Shown here in pieces: positions 11,661 through 18,528 of a DNA stretch of 32,000 nucleotides (positions are counted from its first letter, which is position 1; each line of letters starts with the position of its first letter). The stretch is from positions 1-32,000 of the forward strand of contig JAMCVZ010000046.1 of the NCBI GenBank assembly GCA_023476565.1, read 5' to 3'. This DNA is from Nitrospirota bacterium (lineage in GTDB: Bacteria > Nitrospirota > Thermodesulfovibrionia > Thermodesulfovibrionales > Dissulfurispiraceae). The translations under genes and the position numbers were made by a program. The notes under the pieces were generated by a model. The model was given only the letters and a program-made list of their open reading frames with translations. It did no database searches and was not told the DNA's origin.

Positions 11661-11743
11661 GGGGACTGTCCCTGTTTACCAACAGTAGGTGGTTTACCAC
11701 GGACGAAGCAGCAGCGGAGTCGTAGAATAGGGAATGTCCCCGG
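11661..11743. repeat. REPIN/MITE-like palindromic element, copy B (inverted relative to copy A)
   Basis: GGGGACTGTCCCTGTTTACCAACAGTAGGTGGTTTACCACGGACGAAGCAGCAGCGGAGTCGTAGAATAGGGAATGTCCCCGG matches the reverse complement of 151-234 at roughly 95% by eye. It begins 21 nt after the tamB stop. Confidence 0.75.
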
Positions 11744-11798
11744 CGCACGGGAATGTATATCATATCATGCACACTGAACAGGGGGTGGAGGAGGGAGG

Positions 11799-12326
11799 AT
11801 GCAACACATTGTCATAGTCGATGAAGAGGACAACGTTATCGGTGAAGAGGATAAAGAAAAATGCCATGACGGCGATGGTATCCTGCACAGGGCTTTTCTG
11901 ACTATGGTGTTCAATAATTCAGGGGAATTGATACTGGCCCGGAGGGGTGAGGGAAAGAGGCTTTGGCCCGGCTTCTGGGACGGCACGGTCGCCAGTCATG
12001 TCATAAAGGACGAAAGTTATGAGCAGGCATCTCAAAGAAGGCTGAAACAGGAAATCGGGATAGAGACCGATACTGTACACTACCTGTTCAAATTCCGCTA
12101 TAAAGCCGGATACGGGAACATCGGGACAGAGCACGAGATATGCGCCGTAACGGCGGTAAGCGGCATCGATACCGGCAGTTTGTCACCGGACAGCGATGAA
12201 ATTTCTGATATCAGGACCATCAGTCTGCACGCATTGATGGATGACCTCGGGAAAAACTGGAACAGCTACACGCCGTGGCTGATCCTGGCGCTGGAGCACA
12301 TCAATGCGCAGAGCATTGCGATGTGA
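11799..12326 (+). CDS. idi: Type-1 isopentenyl-diphosphate delta-isomerase-like Nudix-fold protein (the catalytic Cys position reads Ala)
   Basis: It aligns without gaps to my memory of E. coli Idi: 'ILHRAFLTMVFNNSGELILARRGEGKRLWPGFWDGTVASH' against '[40 protein letters not shown]'. The metal ligands (His pair, H of SH, 'EHEICAV') are retained. A strong RBS GGAGGAGGGAGG lies upstream. Confidence 0.7.
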   Translation: MQHIVIVDEEDNVIGEEDKEKCHDGDGILHRAFLTMVFNNSGELILARRGEGKRLWPGFWDGTVASHVIKDESYEQASQRRLKQEIGIETDTVHYLFKFRYKAGYGNIGTEHEICAVTAVSGIDTGSLSPDSDEISDIRTISLHALMDDLGKNWNSYTPWLILALEHINAQSIAM

Positions 12327-12373
12327 GCGAAAACCAGCTCCGCCCCGATCCCCTCAGGCGCGTAATACGGATC

Positions 12374-13228
12374 CTATTTCGTGATCTTGTATTGCCTGTG
12401 CTGAATGTAAGCATCCCTGATGGCGATATAGGGATCAATGGCCGATTCCTTCAGGTCCTCATAATCACCGATGTGCAGAGAAGTGTCATTGATCTGTTCA
12501 TAGGCTTGTATGCCCAACACGGCTTTTGTTGGACTAATGTAATTCACCGGGTCCAGAAAGCCGTCACCGAATTCTCCGATTGAATCCCTGACCGACGAGG
12601 GGCCGAGGAACGGCCAGACTATGTAAAATATGTTTCCCATCCCGTATTTGCCCAGGGTCTGACCGAGCTCTTCATCCTGGCTCAGCAGGTTCAAATCTTT
12701 TTTAGCAGGATCCAGCAGTCCGAGAAAACCGAACGTCGTATTGACGCCGAAACGGGCGAGTTCTATGCCTGCTGACTTTACCTTCCCCTGCAGAAGCGAA
12801 CTGACGAAGCGTATGGGCGTAGCGACGTTGTGGAAGAAATTGCTTACGGAAACGCGCGCGCCTTCGGGGACAACGGCATTATATCCTTTTGCAACCGGTT
12901 TCAAGACCCAGAAATACAATTTATCGTTGAAATGGTACATCAGGCGGTTCCACGGCTCGAGGGGATCGGCAACACTCACTTCCTCGACAACCTCTTCTTC
13001 CGCGGGTGTTGTATTGCCGGGGGCAACAGTATCGGCAGGCTCTTTGACTCCTGCCTGATTCCCGAGCTGATCATTGTTTGTGACGGGAGTCGCCTCTTTC
13101 TTGACGGAGGTCGTCTCCGCTGTTTCGGCAGGCGGCGTTTCAGCCTGAACAAAAACCGGTATTAATAAGAGCAGCATACAGATAGCCAGACAAAAACGAA
13201 ATTTACTCACGATCACTTCTCCTTTCAC
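12374..13228 (-). CDS. mlaA: MlaA/VacJ-family lipid-asymmetry protein
   Basis: 'DPLEPWNRLMYHFNDKLYFWVLKPVAKGYNAVVPEGARVSVSNFFHNVATPIRFVSSLLQGK' and 'RFGVNTTFGFLGLLDPA' are canonical MlaA/VacJ motifs. An N-terminal signal peptide is followed by a ~55-aa Pro/Glu/Thr-rich linker. Confidence 0.9.
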   Translation of the reverse strand: MKGEVIVSKFRFCLAICMLLLLIPVFVQAETPPAETAETTSVKKEATPVTNNDQLGNQAGVKEPADTVAPGNTTPAEEEVVEEVSVADPLEPWNRLMYHFNDKLYFWVLKPVAKGYNAVVPEGARVSVSNFFHNVATPIRFVSSLLQGKVKSAGIELARFGVNTTFGFLGLLDPAKKDLNLLSQDEELGQTLGKYGMGNIFYIVWPFLGPSSVRDSIGEFGDGFLDPVNYISPTKAVLGIQAYEQINDTSLHIGDYEDLKESAIDPYIAIRDAYIQHRQYKITK

Positions 13229-13651
13229 AAGTCCCTTTCGTAGGTACTTCTGAACACATATTATTTTTCTTCTCCCCGCTCATAGCCTTTGATCTTATTC
13301 CCCAGCATCGTGAGCAGTGCATCAAACCCTTTAAGCTTCATGACGCTTACAAATTGCGCTCTCGTCAGGGCAAGCTGGCTGACCCCGGAAATATGTATAT
13401 CCGGAAAAATTTCTTTTGCCTGAAGTATACCATAGATTGTTTCTCCTCTTTAAGAATTTTGTAACAAGGCGGAAATATGGAATGGAGCCTGTAATTCCCT
13501 TCTATACCGGGGATACGTTTACGGTGTTGAGTGCTTCTGTTTTTGCCATTATTAAGATAATAACCCAAAAGACTCTCTTTTAAAATACATTAATGTTGAA
13601 CGATACCCGGGATACTTCTTACCATCTGTTCCGCTTTCCTTTTCTTACATC

Positions 13652-13679
13652 TTGCAAAAAAACAGGGTGCTGCTATAAT
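13652..13679 (+). promoter_or_regulatory. Sigma70-type promoter candidate for the hopanoid operon (TTGCAA-16 nt-TATAAT)
   Basis: TTGCAA at 13652-13657, a 16-nt spacer, and a perfect TATAAT at 13674-13679. It lies about 100 nt upstream of the RBS-preceded ATG at 13782. Confidence 0.5.
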
Positions 13680-13781
13680 TGAAATTATTGACCGGCACAT
13701 GCTCTGATTCTTGTGCTTTTACGGGAATCTCAACGGTTTTTCACTCACTTATAAGAGCAGGAAATTACAGAAAGGAGAGAT

Positions 13782-14084
13782 ATGCGCACGTTGTTTCTCA
13801 ATCCACCCTCTTATGGCGGGTTCGACGGCGGGGCCGGCGCCCGGTACCAGGCAAGGCGCGAGATACGTTCATTGAGGAAACCATGCGCTTCGCACTCGAA
13901 ATGGATCCCTACAGCATACAGGTATCGCTTGCAGCCCCTTATCCCGGTACTGAGGATTCTCGGAGAAATGCTTCACGATAGAGATGAATTCAGACGCCGC
14001 GTGAGGGAAGGCAGAGAATTTTCTCGTTCATGGCAAGGCGGAGAGAGGTGGTCGAAGCCCGATAATGCAGGGCGCTGGGCATGA
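13782..14084 (+). pseudogene. hpnJ: Relic of hpnJ (hopanoid-associated B12-binding radical-SAM protein) with large internal deletions
   Basis: The N-terminus 'MRTLFLNPPSYGGFDGGAGARYQARREIRS' matches my memory of the HpnJ N-terminus. A +1-frame stretch 'DTFIEETMRFALEMDPYSIQVSLAAPYPGTE' (13862-13954) matches the end of the radical-SAM domain. The original frame then resumes with the HpnJ-like C-terminus 'ILGEMLHDRDEFRRRVREGREF'. A full-length HpnJ is roughly 470 aa as I recall, so about 370 codons are missing, including the CxxxCxxC core. The stop still overlaps the hpnK ATG (ATGA). Confidence 0.65.
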
Positions 14085-14950
14085 ATAAAAGATATATGGT
14101 CATTGTCGCTGATGATTTCGGACGGTCCCCGTCGATAAACCGGGCCATTGCCGAGGCGCATGACAGGGGTATTGTTACCGCTGCAAGCATGATCGCAGGC
14201 GAAGATGCCTTCAGCGAAGCCGTGCATGTCGCCCTGGCGCGAAGCAGACTTTCTGTGGGGCTCCATGTGACTCTTTGTGACGGCAGGTCTGTTTTGCCGC
14301 ACACGCAGATACCGGACCTGACTGATGCTGATGGGTTTTTCGAAGCAAGTCCGGCAAAGGCCGGATTGAAATATATGAGACCGGGACTTCGTTCTCAAAT
14401 CGAGATGGAAATAGAGGCGCAATTCGTTCGTCTGGAGAATGCAGGCATACGACTTACCCATGTGGACAGCCATCATCACCTCCATATGCACCCTGTCATA
14501 TTCGTCATACTGTGCCGGCTGGCATCGCAGAGAGGGATTGGCTGGGTGCGGCTCCCTCGCGAACCGCTGCAGGCAATCCTCAAGGTGCGTTCAACCTCGC
14601 GCGGAATAACGCCCTTTTTCGAGTGGGCGGTATTCAGAGCGCTCGGGACATATAACATGAGGCTGGCCCGCGCATACGGGCTTCGGGCGGCCTGCGCTGT
14701 GTACGGGCCGGCACGGACAGGAAACATCGACGAGAACAGCCTCATCGATATGGTGAACAATGCCAGGGGAAGGGTTGCCGAAGTATTTGCACACCCCGAT
14801 ACAGCGACTGTTGAAGGGCGGCAGGAACTGGAGGCCCTTACCTCGTGCAGGGTGCGCGAGAGGGCAGCCGGGCTTGGAGCGGCGTTTGTCGGTTACAGGG
14901 AGCTGTCCGGAGCTGCTGCAAACAGTGCCTGCGCAGAGGAGAAACGGTGA
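14081..14950 (+). CDS. hpnK: HpnK, hopanoid-associated YdjC/ChbG-family deacetylase
   Basis: 'MVIVADDFGRSPSINRAIAEAHDRGIVTAASMIA' and 'LTHVDSHHHLHMHP' are YdjC-family motifs. It sits in a hopanoid gene context. Confidence 0.85.
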   Translation: MNKRYMVIVADDFGRSPSINRAIAEAHDRGIVTAASMIAGEDAFSEAVHVALARSRLSVGLHVTLCDGRSVLPHTQIPDLTDADGFFEASPAKAGLKYMRPGLRSQIEMEIEAQFVRLENAGIRLTHVDSHHHLHMHPVIFVILCRLASQRGIGWVRLPREPLQAILKVRSTSRGITPFFEWAVFRALGTYNMRLARAYGLRAACAVYGPARTGNIDENSLIDMVNNARGRVAEVFAHPDTATVEGRQELEALTSCRVRERAAGLGAAFVGYRELSGAAANSACAEEKR

Positions 14951-15408
14951 GGACATTTGTTGTGATCCTGCTGGCAACGCTGTGTGCCGCCATAGGGGAG
15001 GCGCTTTTGAGCTACGGCATGAAGAGGACAGGCGAGATAAGATTGGAAGAGCCTTCGCAGTGGCTCGATCTTGTCCTGTCGGTTGTCCGCAGTCCTTACG
15101 TGTTCATCGGTGTGGTCTTTCTGGGCATTTTCTTTTTCTTTTATCTCGCTGCACTGTCCTGGGCGGATCTCAGTTTTGTCATGCCCCTTACGGCACTGTC
15201 GTACATTTTTGCAGCGGCTCTTGCGAAATTTGTCCTTAAAGAGGATGTTTCGTGGTACCGCTGGGTCGGAACCGTCATTATTGCCGTCGGCATTGTTTTT
15301 GTAGCACTCGACAGCAGGCAGAAGTCCCCGGACTGCCGGATCAACGGGTGCGACGGCAACGAAAGCAACTCCGAAACTCATCATGCTGAAAAAGAAAGGA
15401 GCTCCTGA
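14947..15408 (+). CDS. Small EamA/DMT-type membrane protein (single EamA domain, ~4 TM; ArnE/ArnF-like size)
   Basis: The GTG start overlaps the hpnK stop (GTGA), with an AGGAG RBS upstream. VRTFVVILLATLCAAIGEALLSYGMK...FFFFYLAALSWADLSFVMPLTALSYIFAAALAKFVLKEDVSWYRWVGTVIIAVGIVFVAL shows typical EamA half-transporter features. The track ORF begins earlier, at 14845, inside hpnK. Confidence 0.7.
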   Translation: MRTFVVILLATLCAAIGEALLSYGMKRTGEIRLEEPSQWLDLVLSVVRSPYVFIGVVFLGIFFFFYLAALSWADLSFVMPLTALSYIFAAALAKFVLKEDVSWYRWVGTVIIAVGIVFVALDSRQKSPDCRINGCDGNESNSETHHAEKERSS

Positions 15409-15577
15409 TGCAGAACATGCCCTTATTTTTATGCTTTCAAACCGTGTCAGGCAGTTCCCGCTCCGGCAGGAGCAGAGGGATGTGTTGATGGATATTACCC
15501 TGGGGAGAAAGAAGAACAGAACCATAGACCTGCCCTTTACGGCAAAGCCGGCCGCAATGCCGAGAAAGGTAAAGGGC

Positions 15578-17506
15578 ATGTCCCTCTCAATTCCGGGCCA
15601 CCACGGTCTCATGGAGAGAGTAGCGGAAGCTTTAAGGAAGACACAAGCATATTACGTGAGCCAGCAGCACACCGATGGTTACTGGCGGTATGAGCTGGAG
15701 TCCAATGTGACCATAACGGCGGAATACCTGATGCTCCTTCGCTTCCTGGGCTTGGAAGACAGGGAAAGGGACAGGAAGATGGCAAATCACATACTCAAAA
15801 ACCAGAGGACCGACGGTACCTGGTCGATATATTGGGGGGGAAAGGGAGATATCAGCACAACGGCCGAGGCATACTTTGCCCTTAAGTTGGCAGGGTTCTC
15901 CTCAGAAGAACCCGCCTTGAGGAAGGCGAGGGCATTTATACATGAAAAGGGAGGCGTTGAGACCTCCAGGGTGTTTACCAGGATATTCCTTGCGCTCTTC
16001 GGGGAATTCGACTGGAGGGCTATCCCCTCGATCCCCGTAGAAATAAACATTCTCCCTGCCTGGTTCCCGATAAGCATATACAATTTTTCGAGCTGGGCGA
16101 GGTCCACGATCGTACCGCTTTCCATGATCCTCGCGCGCAGGCCGGTGAGGCCCTTGCCTGAAAGCGCGCGGATACAGGAGCTCTATAAGGAACCTTATAA
16201 AGTGCCGCCTGTCACGACACAGAGGCTCTCTCTTTTTTCGTGGAAGAGATTTTTTATCATTCTGGACCGGATGATTAAGTCTATGGAGGCCATACCCGCA
16301 GGGCCTTTGAGGAAGAGGGCTCTGCAGGCTACCGAGCGATGGCTCTTCGAGCATCAGGAACCGACCGGCGACTGGGGCGGGATACAGCCTGCAATGGTCA
16401 ACTCGATTATCGCCCTTTCCGCGATGGGCTACGATGTATCGAACGGGGCGATAAAAAAAGGACTTGATGCCCTTGAAAGATTCACCATTGAACGGGATGA
16501 CGAGATCGTCCTCCAGTCGTGTATTTCGCCGGTATGGGACACAGCCCTGACCGCCCTTGCGATGCTTTACTCGGGAATGGAAAGGGAACACCGCTCCCTT
16601 GTAAGCGCCTGCTCATGGCTGACCTCAAAACAGATTTTTCAAAAAGGCGACTGGAGCATCAAGAGACCTCACCTCAGGCCCGGCGGCTGGGCGTTCGAGT
16701 TTGAAAACAGCCGGTATCCCGATGTGGATGATACGGCGGTGGTTTTAATGCTCCTTAACAGGTATGAAGATAAGGAATTCATCAAACCCGAAAATATGGA
16801 AAGCGGGCTCCGATGGATACTGGGAATGCAGGGAAAGGACGGCGGCTGGGGGGCCTTTGATGTCGATAACAATATGAGGATTTTGAACCAGCTTCCGTTC
16901 GGGGACCTTGAGGCAATGATAGACCCCAGCACCCCGGATCTCACCGGCCGGGTGCTTGAGCTCCTCGGCCTTGTCGGGTACAGGGCAAACAACGGCATTG
17001 TCCGGGGGGCTATAGAGTTTCTTAAAAGAAAGCAGGAGGAAAGCGGCCCATGGTGGGGGAGATGGGGAGTGAACTACATTTACGGCACCAGCGCCGTGCT
17101 TGTCGGGCTCGGGGCCGTAGGGGAGGATATGTCGGGCCCGTACGTGAAAAGGGCGGTAAAATGGCTGAAAGACAACCAGCACTTAGACGGCGGCTGGGGG
17201 GAGTGCTGTGAATCGTATGAGGATCCGACGTTAAAATGCTGCGGCACAAGCACCCCGTCGCAGACGGCGTGGGCGATTCTGGGGCTGCTTGCAGCGGGGG
17301 AGGGAATGTGCGAGGAGGTAATCAAGGGCGTATCATATCTCCTCAAAAGGCAGTCCGCCGACGGGACCTGGGATGAGCAAGGGTTTACCGGCACAGGGTT
17401 CCCCAAGTATTTCATGATACGGTACCACAATTACAGGAACTGTTTTCCCCTTATGGCCCTTGGAAGGTTCTATTCCCAGCACGTAAGCAGGGGAACCCGC
17501 AAATGA
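15578..17506 (+). CDS. shc: Squalene-hopene cyclase
   Basis: Catalytic 'DVDDTAVV' (DxDD) motif, multiple QW repeats (e.g. 'QRTDGTWS', 'QGKDGGWG', 'QHLDGGWG', 'QSADGTWD'), and 'GFPKYFMIRYHNYRNCFPLMALGRF' at the C-terminus. The start is uncertain. ATG 15578 has an AAAGG-like RBS, and 15611 is also possible. The track start at 15383 overlaps the previous gene and is unlikely. Confidence 0.93.
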   Translation: MSLSIPGHHGLMERVAEALRKTQAYYVSQQHTDGYWRYELESNVTITAEYLMLLRFLGLEDRERDRKMANHILKNQRTDGTWSIYWGGKGDISTTAEAYFALKLAGFSSEEPALRKARAFIHEKGGVETSRVFTRIFLALFGEFDWRAIPSIPVEINILPAWFPISIYNFSSWARSTIVPLSMILARRPVRPLPESARIQELYKEPYKVPPVTTQRLSLFSWKRFFIILDRMIKSMEAIPAGPLRKRALQATERWLFEHQEPTGDWGGIQPAMVNSIIALSAMGYDVSNGAIKKGLDALERFTIERDDEIVLQSCISPVWDTALTALAMLYSGMEREHRSLVSACSWLTSKQIFQKGDWSIKRPHLRPGGWAFEFENSRYPDVDDTAVVLMLLNRYEDKEFIKPENMESGLRWILGMQGKDGGWGAFDVDNNMRILNQLPFGDLEAMIDPSTPDLTGRVLELLGLVGYRANNGIVRGAIEFLKRKQEESGPWWGRWGVNYIYGTSAVLVGLGAVGEDMSGPYVKRAVKWLKDNQHLDGGWGECCESYEDPTLKCCGTSTPSQTAWAILGLLAAGEGMCEEVIKGVSYLLKRQSADGTWDEQGFTGTGFPKYFMIRYHNYRNCFPLMALGRFYSQHVSRGTRK

Positions 17507-18528
17507 GGGCTCTCGTAACCGGGGCCACGGGGTTCATCGGATTTCATGTGGCCAGGCTTTTGGGAGACAGAGGTGTCCGGGTCGCAGCCCTGGTGCGCGA
17601 AGAAAGCGATGTATCCGCACTGGAAGCCCTGCACGTAGAGCTCTGCAGGGGAGATGTGAGGGATTTCGAATCCGTTTGCAAGGCGCTCAAAGGCTGCAGC
17701 CATCTGTATCACCTTGCGGCTGACTACAGGCTCTGGGTCCCCGACCCCTGGAATATGTATCAGGTAAATGTGCAGGGGACAATAAATATCATGAAAGCAG
17801 CCATGAAAATGGGCGTGGAGAGGGTCGTTTATACGAGTACGGTTGGGGCGCTTGCCGCCGGCCGGAACAGCAGGCCCTCCAATGAAGATACCCCGGTGAG
17901 CATAAAAGAAATGATCGGCCATTACAAGAGGTCCAAATTTATTGCCGAAAAGGAAGTCTGTAAATATCTTGAACAGGGAGCCCCTGTTGTAATCGTGAAT
18001 CCCTCTACTCCCGTAGGCCCCATGGACAGGAAACCGACACCTACCGGGAAAATGATAGTCGATTTCCTCAATGGCATGATTCCGGCATATCTTGATACCG
18101 GCCTGAATTTCGTGGATGTTGAAGACGTTGCCGCCGGCCACTGGCACGCGGCCCTGCACGGGAGGATCGGCCAGAAATATATACTCGGCAACAGAAATAT
18201 GACCCTCAGGGAATTTTTTGAAGTGATCGCGGCCATAACAGGCCGCAAACCCCCGAAAGTGCGGCTTCCCTATCTTCCTGTATTATGCGCCGCCTATATC
18301 AACGAGACGCTTTCAAAGTGGATAACCAATAAACATCCCCGGATACCGCTCACGGGGGTGAGGATGGCGCGGAAGTATATGTATTTCGACTGCTCAAAGG
18401 CAGTACGTGAATTGAACATGCCCCGGAGCTCTATTGAGGGTGCGCTGGAAAGGGCGATCAAATGGTTTGAGGAGAACGGGTATATCGGGAGGATGCGATG
18501 TTCGGGGAGAGCAAAGATCACCCTGTAG
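17503..18528 (+). CDS. hpnA: HpnA, hopanoid-associated NAD-dependent sugar epimerase/dehydratase-family protein
   Basis: Rossmann motif 'VTGATGFIGFHVARLL' and the SDR 'YKRSK' catalytic motif. It has an ATGA overlap with shc and sits directly downstream of shc, as in known hpn clusters. Confidence 0.85.
   Translation: MRALVTGATGFIGFHVARLLGDRGVRVAALVREESDVSALEALHVELCRGDVRDFESVCKALKGCSHLYHLAADYRLWVPDPWNMYQVNVQGTINIMKAAMKMGVERVVYTSTVGALAAGRNSRPSNEDTPVSIKEMIGHYKRSKFIAEKEVCKYLEQGAPVVIVNPSTPVGPMDRKPTPTGKMIVDFLNGMIPAYLDTGLNFVDVEDVAAGHWHAALHGRIGQKYILGNRNMTLREFFEVIAAITGRKPPKVRLPYLPVLCAAYINETLSKWITNKHPRIPLTGVRMARKYMYFDCSKAVRELNMPRSSIEGALERAIKWFEENGYIGRMRCSGRAKITL

Noticed and set aside
11661-11743. Resemblance of the repeat (CTGTTTACCA ... 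GAAGCAGC) to conserved 4.5S/SRP RNA sequence
   Set aside because: The element occurs twice in opposite orientations. I cannot fold it into the SRP helix-8 with its GNRA tetraloop and symmetric loops, and it is shorter than the E. coli 4.5S RNA I compared it with. I treat the match as coincidental.
12275-12583. 102-aa plus-strand ORF spanning the idi-like 3' end and the mlaA 3' end
   Set aside because: It overlaps two well-supported genes and lies antisense to the conserved C-terminal region of MlaA. It is a spurious frame.
13365-13568. 67-aa minus-strand ORF in the mlaA/hopanoid intergenic region
   Set aside because: The composition is low-complexity and basic, there is no RBS at its start, and only its last 22 codons follow a real RBS. 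I discuss those separately as a small-ORF ambiguity.
15383-15577. N-terminal extension of shc from 15383
   Set aside because: It overlaps the 3' end of the EamA-like gene and adds about 65 residues. My remembered Alicyclobacillus SHC starts only ~15 residues before the matching conserved region. An internal ATG gives a more typical length of about 630-640 aa.
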